A DNA stretch of 64,000 bases from assembly GCF_002105155.1 (NCBI RefSeq), contig NW_019028997.1, forward strand, positions 124,001 to 188,000. The letters run 5' to 3'. The stretch's first letter is position 1. Each line of letters begins with the position of its first letter. The position numbers and the translations under genes were made by a program. The notes under the pieces were generated by a model. The model was not told the DNA's origin and ran no database searches. It saw only the letters and a program-made list of their open reading frames with translations. The DNA is from Lobosporangium transversale. Its lineage: Eukaryota. Shown here one piece after another: positions 13,576 to 26,767 of this stretch.

Positions 13576-14454
13576 ATGGATTGGCTTGTCATTAAAGCTG
13601 GCACATTTCTCAATTCCTCTGCCGCGGTCCTCGATCATGTTGTCCAATCTGGGGCTCGCTTCGAGGCTACGCTATCACCTCCTGCCATGCGAGTCGTAAA
13701 AGCAGGTATATCATCCATACCATACATTCCTTTGTTCCTGGGATACGATACTGTGACGTTATGATATTTGTCAATGAAACCGACTGTATCTGAATTTCAT
13801 ATTCACTTTAACTCCTTTTATCTGTTTCATTGTGTATGTAGTGCTTGGCAACGATGTTCTCTCGGCCGGATTCTTCCTCATGATTGTTGGAAGTTTTTAC
13901 ACATTTTTCAAGGACTTAATCACCCGGTACTACTACGAGGTTCAATCATGGTTTTATGTGTCTGTTCAAGTGCAGGAAGGTGACGACTGCTATAAATGGC
14001 TATCAGGTAACACAAGGCAAAAAAAAAAAAAGAAAAAAAGAAAAAAGAAATAAAAAAGCTTGGCGATGATAATTTCTCTAGCTGACCGCTTCACTTTTCA
14101 ATTTTAAAAGAATGGGTTGCTGAGCGACCTCTCACAAAATCAGTCCGTCACTTAACTGTCAAGGCCGTCTGGGATGATGATGAAGAGGAGCAAGGATACT
14201 ATCGCAGCAATAATGACTCTCGTCAAAATGAACGCCCCCGACTCTTGTTCCTGCCAGGCATGGGATCGCATGTCCTTTATCACAAGGGCTTCAAGGTGAA
14301 TGTGTCGCAGGAACGGCCAGAACAGGCTGCTGGTGCAGATAACGAGCAATCTCGTATCTTGGCCTCAATTCAAAAGAAACAGTCTCTAACCATCTCAACC
14401 TTTGGTTGGGACATCTCTCGGCTTAAAATGATTGTCCAAGTAAGCAAAAATATT

Positions 14455-14485
<31 letters not shown>

Positions 14486-15931
14486 GCCACATCTGAATCT
14501 CGGTTATTGGGCCTTTTTTTAATTATTTGTTCTAAGACATCAAACTTAACCTATTGTTACCACAGGATGCGATGGAAGAGTCATACAAGAAAAAGGAGGG
14601 CAAAACTACCATCTACACCTCGCAGCCATATGACAGTTACTGGTCGAATTCATCAACCCGCTCCCCTCGCGCTTTTCATTCTGTGATTCTTGCAGAGGGT
14701 CTCAAAGAGGAACTCTTGGAAGGTAAGGTTGATTAATAGCGCAATAAACTAAGGCCATTTATTCACATGATGAGATTTTGAACACAATATTCACAATATT
14801 TTACCAACTGTAATAATAGATATTAGCACATTTCGCAATTCGGCTCATTGGTACCATGACCGTGGTGTGCCATACCGCCGTGGCTATCTCCTCCATGGAC
14901 CTCCAGGAACAGGAAAGACGTCCTTTATTGTGGCATTGGCTGGTCATTTGCGCATGTCTGTTTGCATTGTTAACCTGGGTATCTCAGGCCTCAATGATCA
15001 ACAGCTGGATCAATTATTGAATAATGCCCCCCGTAACAGTATTTTGCTCATGGAGGATGTGGATGCGGCGTTAGTGAGGCGTAAGGCAGGAAAGGCTCAG
15101 TCAGGATCCAACAATGTCACACTTTCAGGAATCTTGAATGCCCTTGATGGAATAACTGCTCAGGAAGGAAGTGTCGTATTTATGACCACCAATCACATCC
15201 GAAAGCTCGCACCCGCTTTGATTCGTCCTGGACGTTGTGATCGCAAGCTTGTCTTTGACTATGCTGATAAGCATCAGATTCGAGGAATGTTCCTAAAATT
15301 CTTTTTAAGCAGATCTTCCGAAGGCCAAGCAACTAATGAGCCTACCACTCCAGTCCGCTTCAGGAATAAGAAGGCTACAGAAAAATCGGCAGCAGCAGCA
15401 GCAGCAGATTCTGATCCAAAGGAACAGGCCCGCAAGGACGCATATGACGCCAAGATTTATGAAATTGCAGACCAAATCTGCGAGAAGATCACATTTGAGG
15501 ACTCGGTGACAACAGCTCAACTCCAGGGTTTCTTTATGCTCCATCGAGATGAGCCCGAGACCATTCTTGACAAGGTTCCAGGATTTTTAACTGAGCTAGC
15601 ACATGAACGCGAAATGCTCACCGAAAAGAAGGAGAAGCGGCGCCAACGCCGTACAATGAAGAAGGCCAAGAAGCAGGCTCGGGAAAAGAAGGCCAAGGAA
15701 GAGAAGGCTGCACGTATTGCAGCAGGTGAGACCGTAGAGAGTAGTAGTGATAGCGATTCAGATGCTAGCGGTGACGATGCATCTGATTCATTCTCCGACT
15801 CTGATTCTGAGATCGAAGAGGAGTGGATGAAGGCCACAAAGACAACCCCCAATACTGATACCAAGTTAACGAATAGCGCTGACACTAAGGAGAAAGTTAA
15901 CGGAGATGCCGATGCTGCCCCAGCTGTTTAG
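13576..15931 (+). CDS. BCS1-like AAA+ ATPase with basic/acidic C-terminal extension, 5 exons
   Basis: YRRGYLLHGPPGTGKTS (Walker A), ILLMEDVD (Walker B), VTLSGILNALDG, MTTNH, ALIRPGRCD. BCS1_N-like N-terminal exons including a TM segment. Confidence 0.85.
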
Positions 15932-16010
15932 ATTTCCACCCTGTAGAATAAACATCACCCATACAATAAACAAGTTTTCTTTTAGATCCATGTTATAGTC
16001 AAATTTTGAT

Positions 16011-16276
16011 TATCCGAACGATTTGCTATCGGAAAAAATTAGATTCTACTGAATTGAACAGTATTCTAAAATTTATAAAATATATTTGCTCAGATGACAT
16101 TGCACTTATTTTTTCTTTAACTGCACATTTGGTCGGACCATTTTCGTGCATACGTGGGAAGAAATAAGTGCAATGTCACCTGAATATGTATACTTTATAA
16201 AATTAAAATACTGGTCAATTCAGTAAAACTTTAAAATTATCCAGACGATTTCCACTGTGTATCGTCCGGAAAACTG
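16011..16276. mobile_element. Degenerate foldback/MITE-like element
   Basis: ~65-bp imperfect inverted repeat: TACTGAATTGAACAGTATT...GACATTGCACTTATTT at ~16047-16112 versus its reverse complement at ~16160-16224. Right end is ACTG|TA. Confidence 0.6.
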
Positions 16277-16336
16277 TACTTTATATTTATATACTTTTAT
16301 TTCTTATTACTATTGGCATTATGGCTTCGTAGGGGT

Positions 16337-19051
16337 TTAAAGTTCATCATGCACCGCTTTGATCCCCTCAGAGTCCTCAGAGTCCAGCTCTTCCTCATTT
16401 TTGGCGATAATTTCCTCGACTATCTCTCCATCCTTATTTGCATCATAACCGGCCCTGGGTGGATTTGTGCTGTCAGTGAATTCTTTAAGCATCTTGTTAA
16501 GCTCTTCTGCTGACATCGTTCCTGGTTTAAGTTCATCAGCCTTCAGGATGTCCTCACGCTGTTCAATCTCTGCCTTAATCTCTTCTTCGTCCCTGTCTTC
16601 AGCTTGAGGCGCTTCAAACGTGGCCTCAGCGTTCAAATCAACATTCAAGCTAATACGCAACATGTTTTCGACACGACCAGCAAAGTTTTTGACACCCTCC
16701 TTCAGAGCGTATCCACTGCGGACCAATGTCATCTCGTAAAGGATTTTTGTAATATCTTGGAATTGTTTATCATTCTCAAAGCCCTTAGGATCCTTGCTAG
16801 CTCGCTCGAGCATGCTCTGAATGAGTGGATGACCGGGGTTGATTTCCAGAATCTTCTTCTGGTTTTTAGCGAACATATGCATAGGGTTGTCGGTATGCTT
16901 TGCCTGGCTTTCCATCAGGCGTTCCATGTTGGCAGTCCAGCCAAAGTCGTTTGCAACCAAGGCAGCTGGTGAAGTCGTCAAACGCTTGGAGACGCGTACC
17001 TTCTCGATTTCATTGATCAATGCGGCCTGCATCCAGTCCAGCAATGGCAAGAATTTTGTTTCAAGCTCCTTTAGTGCCTCCGCATCATCCTCATCATTGA
17101 GGTTCAACTCTGATTTGGCCACATTTTGGAAAGTCTTTCCCTCAAAGTTACCCAACTGTGTGAGTACGACTTCATCTACAGGCTCCACCATGTACAAAAC
17201 TTCATACCCACGAGCAAGAAGAGCTTCCACAAAAGGAGATTGTTTAATCTCATCCACGCTGCCGCCGATCACGTAATAAATCGATTTCTGGCCCTTCTTC
17301 ATGCGAGAAACATACGACTCGAATGACGTGTATTTGTCAGAATTCGAGGAACGGTATCTCAAGAATCGAGCAATCTTTTTTACGTTGTCTCTGTCCTCCA
17401 TAGTACCGAGTTTAAGGCTGGTGCCAAATTCCTGGATGAATTTAGTGTACTTTTCCTCATCCTGTGATAAGCTCTTGAGCATATCAAAGAACTTCTTGAC
17501 TAGATGCTTCCTGATCGACTGGATACTTTTATTGGATTGTACGGTTTCACGTGAGACGTTTAAAGGTGCATCTTCGGCGTCGACAAGCACCTTCAAGAAC
17601 GACAACCATTGGGGTAAGAATTCCTTTGACTCATCTGTGATAAAGACCCGCTTGACATAGAGCTTGACATTATTATGACGAGAGTCCATGTGGAAGAGAT
17701 CTTTAGGTGCCTTATCAGGAACGTACATAATGGCTTTGAACTCAACATCGCCCTCGGCTTTAAAGTGAGTGTAAGCCATGGCCTTGGAACCATGTTCACG
17801 CGTCAGGACAGGATAAAAGTCCTCATACTCTTTCGTCGTGACTGTCTTGGGATCACGAACCCAGATAGGCTTATTGGTGTTCATGAGCTCATCCTCATCA
17901 TATGTGACAGTAACAGGAGCGGGCTTGTCCTTTGTCTCTTCATCTTTGACATCCTCGACTTGAGCCTCTTCGTCATCAATATCGACTTTTTTATTCTCAG
18001 TCTCCTTGGCTTCAGCGGGTTTTTCTGGCTCGACGGCCTTGGATACTGTTCGACGGAGATAGATAGGGAAATTGATAAATTCAGAGTACTTTGTAACAAG
18101 ATCCTTGATGCGTTTATCTTCCAGGTACTGATCCTGATCTTCTTTGAGATGAATGGCAATCTGTGTACCACGGCCGAGAGTGTTACCAGCAGGGTCCTTG
18201 GCAATAGTAAAATCATCGACAGCAGTCGATTCCCAAATATACTGATCATCATTATTATTTTTGCTGGTGACACGGACCTTGTCAGCAACCAAGAAGACTG
18301 AGTAGAAGCCGACACCAAACTTTCCAATGAGATCCATATCTGCTTTGTCACCGGACATAGTTTCTAAAAACTCGGATGTTCCAGACTGAAGGTACAAAAA
18401 TGTCATCAATATCATCCAGTTTTAATAGATCTTCTTTTTTTTTTTTTTTTTTTTTTTTTTTGCATTTGGGAACAATAGAATACAGGTTCACGTTACCTTT
18501 GCAATAGTTCCGAGGTTTTTCTGTAAGTCTTCCTTGGTCATACCAATACCAGTGTCAGTAATAGTGATGATCCGTCTTTGTTTGTCCAGGCCAATAGTCA
18601 CATTGAGATTAGGATTAGACTCCAACGCCGTTGGGTCGGTGAGAGATTTGAAACGAATCTTGTCCAAGGCATCAGATCCGTTGGAGATGAGCTCTCGCAA
18701 GAAAATCTCTGGTGTCTTGTAAAGTGAGTTGATGACAATTTTCATCAAACGTGAGACCTCCGTCTATTTATTTATTTATTTTTTGTCAAAAAAACGAATA
18801 AAGATAAATATTCAAAAACGGCTTTCTAAAGACTGATAAAATAGTATCATTATTGATCAATTAACTTCTATAAGCAGTACCTGAAATTGGTGCTTTTCGC
18901 CCTGAAGAATAGGCTTGGAATCGAACGCAAAGTTCTCAGGGATAGCAACATTCTCTCCGGACTTCTTAAAAGCGGCCTGGGCACCAGGAGCTTCAGCTGC
19001 GACTAGCGTGATAGCAGCAAGAAGACCAAGGAAGACAAAGGCTTTCTTCAT
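16337..19051 (-). CDS. HSP90B1: ER HSP90 (endoplasmin/GRP94); exons 19051-18881, 18763-18497, 18385-16337
   Basis: Signal peptide [22 protein letters not shown]90 motifs [50 protein letters not shown]-terminal HDEL. Confidence 0.95.
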
Positions 19052-19922
19052 GGTGATGGATTTAGTAAATGGACTAACAGAATATGTACAGGAGTGAAAA
19101 GAAGAAAGGAACGGGACAATAAGCAGGCAAGGGTAAAGAACAAGAGAAGTGAATGGATTAAAGTGATAAAAAGAGAGAGAGGGTGAGTGAGAAAAGTGTA
19201 TGTGGAAGAATGTGGAGAGGAAAGAAAGTAGAAAAGGGCAAACAGGGCAAAGGGGATTTGTATTTGTATTTGTATTTGTCTTTGTCTTTTGTGTGAAACA
19301 GAAGAAGATGGATCTACGATGTGGATGGGACCTCATCAAAAAAGCGCTGGCGTACAGCCATTGGTCGGATCAAACAAGATTTAGAAAAATAAAATAAAGC
19401 TTATGGTGATGACAACTTGTGGAGAGGGGTTACAGAGGGAGACCGAAGTCTTCTTCGTGCTATCATTAAGAGGAAGGCGCCACGTAGCACATATTAATCA
19501 GTCAGCATGGACAAATCAAAATCTTTTGATATCTCTCTTCAAACGTTTTATCGATCTTTTTCATGAACGTTTATGATAATGTTTCTGCCATGTCCATGTT
19601 ACTCAAAAATCATTTGTCAATTAAACCAAAAAATAAAGCCCCTTGTTCCTGATGCTGTCACTCTACACACCTTTTATCACGTGCTATATCTTTGCCATGA
19701 GATGAGAACAAAAGAGTCTTTGAACCAATCACTACCAATCGTCATACATATTTTTAAACCAAACAATTCACTGATTCATCTCCCTCATCATAAGCCCTTC
19801 CTACCAGTAGATCGGGGACCTGAATTAGAAAAATAAAGTGCATCTTTTGTCGCTGCGGTTCCTGCGAAAACAACTGAGCCTTAAGAGCATAATTCGTTTT
19901 AAGAATTAAGGCGCATAGTATC

Positions 19923-22673
19923 ATGAGTTCCGCGACAACAACACGCGCCTCTCGCAGCACACGTCACAACACAGCTACTCCAACATCACTTAGAAAAACA
20001 CGACAGGGATCATCATCGGATAAAACAAAGGCAGCAGCATTACATAGAGCGGCATCAAAATCCATCTCAAAGAACGCTACTGCAAGCGAAATTGACACTG
20101 ATGACGAGAACCATAGAGATGAAAGTGACGTAGCCACCATTCAGTCACTTCGTGACGAGCTCGAAGAGTTGACAGACACAAAAGACCGACTCGAGGACAA
20201 AGTCATTCAATTAGAGGAGCGTATTCAGTTCTTGGAAGCCAGTTCCCGCTTGGACGCTAGTAAGCAGGCAGCTGAAATCATGGATCTCAAAGAAAAGGCT
20301 CGCAAGCTTGAAATCGACCTCTGTAAGTCAGTTTCAAAGGACCAAGAACGGTCAAGCCTTTTTTTTTCTTGAAATAATAACACATTTGATTTGAGACTCA
20401 CCCATCTCATTCGTTTCTGACTGATAGCAACTGTCATTGATGAACGAGACTTCCTGGAACAAGAAAATGAGCAGCTCAAGGCTCAGGTCTCAGATACCGA
20501 AGTCAGAGTATGGTCCTGAACATAATTGCAAAAAAAAAAAAAAAAAAAAAAAGAGGCTGCCTGACAGCCTTTGGCAGGCATTAATAAGCTCCTTCCTCTC
20601 TCTTCTCTTCTATGTTACAGGATCAAGCGAGACAGATATCAACACAACTCCAAGATGCCTGGATCCGGATAGCGGCCATGAAAGCTTCTCAGGAGGAGTA
20701 CGTACAGAAATTGTTCAAAGCAGAGGAAGCCAATCTGAAGCTTCAGGCGGAAATGGCTAAAGTGGTTGATCTGTCCAACTCTGCCAAGAACTTGCATATG
20801 GACGAGAAACAGCGCTGGGAATATGAAAAGCAGGAACTTTTGGCGGGAAATAACTCTCTAAAAGTATGGCGCCTTTTTATTTATCTATTCCTCGACAATA
20901 GATGACTTGGTTATGAATGCGCTTGAATCTCCTGAATGCTAAGGATATTTACATTAATTTATCCTTTTGTTTATACTGATATCAGCAAAAACTTGCACAG
21001 GCGAGCACGGATGGCGACAAACAGGTCCTTGACTGGGAACAGGATCAAGCACGAGTCCGAAATAGTCTGAAACACGGAAGAGATACCTGGGATAAGGAAA
21101 AGAAAGGCTTTTTGGATCAGATTGCATCACTCAAAGTCAAAGTATCTGCTTTAAGTGTCAAAAAAACAGCGCCACCTGAGTGGATTTTAGAGAAACATCG
21201 GCTACTTGAACAATGTGCAACCTTGCAGAGTCGAGTAGCGTCTTTAGAGAGTGACCGAGCAACGTCAGTGGAGAGCGACCGAGCCAGTGCAAATGCCCAT
21301 GAGAGCACTAATATCAAGAAATTAGAAAGCGAGAAACAGAAATTGGAGAAAAAAGTTGGGCAGCTGAAAGAAAAGCTTTTCGAAGTGATGGAGCATGCAC
21401 TAAAAACCCAGGCTCAGGTGGATCAGAGGAAAACAAGACAGGATGTCGTGAGCAAGAAGGTGAGCAGAAATCGAATAATTTGCCTGTATAGCCATGTACT
21501 CTAAACTGACGGATAACTTTTATAAATAACTAGCAACCCGGGACATCACAGCGTCCTCGTGCTCCAGCACGAAAATCTACTCGGTCAGCAGACCGAGAAT
21601 CAGGATCGGACGATGGTGATGCTGAAGGTAATGACGATGTGCCTGAAGAGACGACGTTGAAGGAGAGCAAACAACCTATTTCAAGAACTCGAGCCAGAAG
21701 GAATGCGGCTGAGAATGTAACCTACACATTCGGATCCAGTTCGTCTGATAAAAGTAAGGATAGCAGTGAGGACGAGGACGAAGATCAAGAGGAAAATCAG
21801 AACGGCGATGATGACGGTCATAATGCTGCTGACCACGAACATAATGAAGGCCAGAGCGCAGATGAGGATATAGAGATGCAAGAACCTGAGGCAGACGCTG
21901 GACCGTCGTCTCAACGTGGGGAACCTAAGGAAGCGAGCAATGTTATAGAAGATCAGGAACAAGAAGATGCCAAAGAAAAAGGATTTGCGCCTTTAGCGCG
22001 GTCAAAAAGAGGAGCACCAGATAAATTCCGTAAGGCAAATGACAACAATTCCGACAGTGATTTCGAACCGCCACAAAAAAAGACTGTTGCTGCACCCAGG
22101 AATCGAGGGGGTACAAAGAAGACATCTGGCATAACTTTCGAACCAGCTCACAGGAAGACAAAGACAGTGTTATCAAATAAGGTTCTGGCACTGGAAGGTG
22201 AGGCTACCATTCCGCAATCTAGTACAACAAAAAAAACAATACTATCAGCACCAGAGACAACAGCAACAATATCAAAAGAGATATCTGCAGCTTCAGCAAC
22301 AGTGTCTGTGGCACCTTCTTCAGGAGCATCGACTTCAAACCCTACAAGACCTATTGCAGTGAATACGCCAGTCAACGTGACGGATGCAGTTGAGTCGAAT
22401 ATAAACAAAGTTAAAAAGAGGCGAAAATTGCTGACCGGTAAAGGTGTTGAAGAATTGGGAGATATCTTGAACGGCCCTGGGTCTAGTTTATCATCTACAC
22501 CATCATCAGGACTTGTCTTTGATAAGGCTAAGGTTCGTTCCAAAGGTAGTAGCTCGACTCCATTGGGAGCAACATCAAATCCTGCCAAGCTTGAGGCACT
22601 CAATGCTATCAAAATGGCGTTTGCACTCCCTAAGCCTCGCAATAACTCATCATCATATGAAACAGAAGCGTGA
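19923..22673 (+). CDS. Hypothetical coiled-coil protein with acidic region and KKRRK NLS-like motif, ~5 exons
   Basis: ORFs 19923-20372, 20612-20905, 21112-21504 and 21639-22673 are linked by GT-AG introns. Heptad-rich N-terminal half. Confidence 0.7.
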
Positions 22674-22916
22674 TCTTCTCTTGGCTCTGGCAGTCTTTTG
22701 AAGCTTTCAGGCTCATGGCTTTGCAAGATATCTTTTTATCTCCATCATGTAATACATGTCTGTAAAATAAAATATATAATATGATTTGTTGAATAATAGA
22801 TTACATCACAATGCCGCGGTATCGCATTCGTCCTTGGCCGTAATGAAAACATTGCAATGGACATTGCAACAGAGTAACATTTGCACTTGAAGAGCTTTTT
22901 CAAGCACTAGTGTGTA

Positions 22917-24106
22917 CAGTCTTCATCCAACAAGCCGTAATTTTTTACGGATTTGTGGATTTTCACTTCTATTCATTTCAATTCAATAAATATATCAAAC
23001 TTTATTTTTTTTTATTTTTTTTTATACGATGTTCTTGCGTAACCACTTTTTTTTTTCACATTCACTTCCCACATCCATCCTTATGCTTCGAAAAATGAAC
23101 CCAACAAAGCCTAGAAACCAGTCTTCTCGATCGAGACATGCACTCAAGAAGCACAGGCTGCACAAGTCTTATTCCTTAGCCGACAAAGTGAAATTCATTG
23201 AAGCCGTCGATGAACTACGAGCAAAAGGGTTCAAAGTCTCTGCTTCTTCCATTGGAGCAGGTTTGGCATGAGCCCTTCCACGGCAATAGACATTTATCGC
23301 CGAAAAAATGAGTATATTCAAGACGTGAATTCGCTACCCCTCCTAGCTAGTCATGCAGTCAAACGCAAGCTCGATCGAAACATGGAACCCGCGGAAGATG
23401 CTTTGCTGGAGTGGTTCGCTGCTGAAAGAGACCTCGGTAAGGCGGCATCTCTATCATTCTAGAGAGAAAAAAAGGAAAAGGAAAAAGAAAAAAACCATTT
23501 TACCTTGTGTGTTTTAATAGATCTCAATGTGACTGATAACCGCTTGCGAGGAACGGCAGAAATCACCAAGCAAAAGGATATCGGGGTCCTCAACTACCTC
23601 ACTATGAACTACTGTGAAGGGCCTACAGAGTCGATCCTCGACGCTGTTAAGATGATAACGACATCTGAAAAGCACAAGCATCGCTTCGTCCATACAATGA
23701 AGATGATATTGTCTACGAGGACGATAATCTAGACGATGACGAAGATGGTGTTGACTACGAATCCAGTGTTCTTGACTCAGATCCCCAAGGGCTATCAGAC
23801 GAGCTCGAGTCACCTCCATCCAGTCCGACGATAAATGGAGCTACAAGAAAACTTTCAGCGATTTATGGATGCTTGGGGCAAAATCGATGACCCTCTGCTA
23901 TTGAAACGCTGGGTTGCAGCTCAAAGGCAATTGGAGCTATTTAACGAATATCGCGATTTACTGAATGACATGAAGGAAGTGAATCAGAATGAGTGAAAAT
24001 GAATGAATGAGAAGAAATAAAGTTTGATATATTTATTGAATTGAAATGAATAGAAGTGAAAATCCACAAATCCGTAAAAAATTTACGGCTTGTTGGATGA
24101 AGACTG
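22917..24106 (+). mobile_element. Internally deleted Tc1/mariner-superfamily (pogo/Tigger-like) DNA transposon, 1190 bp
   Basis: TIRs 22917-23007 and 24015-24106 start CAGTCTTCATCCAACAAGCCG and differ by one indel. TA flanks both ends (22915-16, 24107-08). Internal CENP-B/Tc5-type HTH remnants. Confidence 0.9.
23095..23944 (+). pseudogene. Transposase remnant (CENP-B-like N-terminal HTH plus HTH_Tnp_Tc5, no DDE domain)
   Basis: KSYSLADKVKFIEAVD, frameshift near 23260, MSPSTAIDIYR, AEDALLEWFAAER, intron ~23437-23520, LNVTDNRLRGTAEI, then an acidic tail in another frame. Confidence 0.75.
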
Positions 24107-24328
24107 TAGTTGCACTTCCATGCTCCATTTTCTCTCCTTTTGTCAAATGACGAAAGAACCATTTCATTTCTGTACTACACACCTCTCTTGCGTCAATGTT
24201 TCATACTAACAAATATGTTTTATTTTAATCAAATAACAATATGAAGATCACCGCAAACTAAATTAAGTATGTGCCTTTATTACACCTTTCTCCTCCAATT
24301 ATCATTATAAAACGTATTATCGTATAGT

Positions 24329-26767
24329 TTAGAGAGTCTGTGCAGCATTGCGATGTCTCACACGGATTGGCAATCCCTTGAGCACAGGCAATGTAAGGCC
24401 TGCACCATAGGCAGGCTCGTTCACTGGATCAACAAGTTCAAAATCGAATCGCCTAAAGATAATCGACATGAGGGTGACGGCCTCAATTGTTGCGAATTGT
24501 TGGCCAAGGCCTAGTAAAAAAATAAATGAAGTTAACATATGTTGATTATAAGTACTAGAATCCGAAACTGAAGAGATTGAGTGACCTACAAGTGCGAGGA
24601 CCAGCGTGGAAGGCTGGGAACTTTGTGGGCGAAAACTTCTCTCCCTGAAGCCAGCGTTCAGGTCGGTACTCTTTAGCATCAGGACCCCAGATGGCAGTGT
24701 CACGACTAGAAATTGGAAAGAAAATTAATAAAATTTAATACTCTCCACTTTTTTTAAAGTTTAGATAAAAGAAAAACACTTACCCCATGGTCCATGGTGA
24801 CCATTGGAAGAATTCACCCTTCTTAATCTCAACACCATCTTTTTTTTTACAAAAAAAAAAAAAAAAAAAAAAAAAACATTAACATTAATATTGTATAGTA
24901 AGTGCGAAGTCCTCAGTACACATCAAAAGAAAAAAAAAAAACAATGCTTACTTGGTAGGACATCGTCTTCAACACAGACTTTTAGGTTGCGGGGAACACT
25001 AGGATATAGTCGTAACGCTATGAAGAAAAATATGATGCCGTAATATTCATTAGATGAGCAAGATTCATTGGTCGACAACGGGCTGTCCATTATACTCATT
25101 CGTCCATAGTCATCTACTGCTTACCTTCATAGAGGCTATGTAATTTGCCAAATGGAAAAATCGCAGAGTATAGGAGGGTCATTTGCCGAACATCATTAGA
25201 AAGAGCACGTATCTTTTTTTTTTTTATAAAAAAAAAGGAACCCGAAATCAAACCAGGTAACTTACCATGCTTCCGCATATTTCATCTGTTTGTAGGTCTC
25301 ATATGTGGGTTCTTGGTCGCCAAGAACCTCTTCGATCTCCTTCCGTAACTTGAATGCGACGTCCTTATCAGTAGAGTTTCGGAACATTAGGTAAAACATC
25401 CAGGACAGGGCTTGTGCTGTCGTGTCACGTCCTGCAATAATAAAGTTGAGGATACTGTCCTTGAGTGTTTCATCCGATAGAGACTGGCCATCATCGTCCT
25501 TAAGATCGATGAACAGCTGCAAGAGATCCTTTTGCGGCTTATCATAAGTGCTTGCACGACGCTTGCGGATAATGTCTAGTGCAAAGTCGGTGACAATCTT
25601 CTTATCCTTTTCAACCTGTTTGTTGGCACCCGTCCACCACTCAACCACTTTCCAAGGCCCTTTGAAAAGACGTTCGCTCACTTGTGCATTCAGACGGTCG
25701 AAGGCAGCAGCAAACACAACCTCCTGATCAGGGTCAGTTAGGCATCCGAAGGACTGTCCAAAAGAGACTCTATGAAACAATGAAGAATTTTTGTGTAAAT
25801 TTTTTTTGCTCACAAAGTATCCGTTCTTTTTTTTTTTTTTGTACCACATCGTTTGTGGACAGACACATGAAAATTCAAGTAAACCTACTCGCCAAAGCTA
25901 TCAAGTGTGAATTTGAGCAAGAGTTCATGGATATCGACGACAGTCCCTTTTCTTGCGATCGTATCAAGGTAGTTGGCAACAATATGAGACTCTTGTACAA
26001 ACACATTGTTTGTGTAATCTTTTTTTTTTTTTTTTTTTAGAAGTTGGAGAATTGGTGGCAATGACGGTTAGTAATGGGGCACTCCATTTTCTCATCTTCC
26101 TTTCTCAAGAGCCTTTCCCTTTCCCTTTCTTATCATAGTATCTGTTTACCTCTGAATGCCTTCACGTTAAAGATATGGCTAGCCATTTTGCGCTGCCATT
26201 TCCAGTGCTGTAGAAATTCAGTAACAAAAAAAAATTAGGTCACAGTTTGTTGGTAACAACAGTAGCAACAACTAAGGTCGGAACCACAGCATTGTGAGTT
26301 GTGGAATCCATTCTTACCTGGCCATCAGCACCAAAGATGCCATGTCCTAAGAGATCTTCCATGGACTCGCGCAAGATGGGGCCTTTCTCGTATGCCCAAA
26401 AGTTCGTCTTGAGAACGTGTTCGAGAACCGCAGGGTCGTTCACCATAATGGTGCGGCCCATTCCAGTCAAGCTGTAGGTCCATGTTGAGCCATACTTTTC
26501 ATGCATACGATCATGCAGCGTTGAAATTTCGCTTCCAGGTGTTCTTAAAAAGAGAAAGAGATTGCCAATGAGAGGTAGACCCTTGGGTCCAGGAAGGTTA
26601 ATGCGTCGGGTGCCAATGGCATTGTCTCTATACTTAACAATGTAGTAGAAAACAAAGAGACCAAGAGCAGTCTTTGGTGCATTAGATCGCTCAAAGGCTT
26701 TAAGAACAAGGCGGAGAAAGCCCGATGATTTTGCAGCCTCGGTGACGAAGTTAACAGCGGAATCCAT
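24329..26767 (-). CDS. Cytochrome P450, CYP86/CYP704/CYP52-like (probable fatty-acid hydroxylase), paralog A, 9 exons
   Basis: PGPKGLPLIGN, I-helix NFIIAGRDTTAQALSW, spliced LYEALRLYP (ExxR), RPERW, heme motif FHAGPRTCLGQQFA. Confidence 0.92.
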
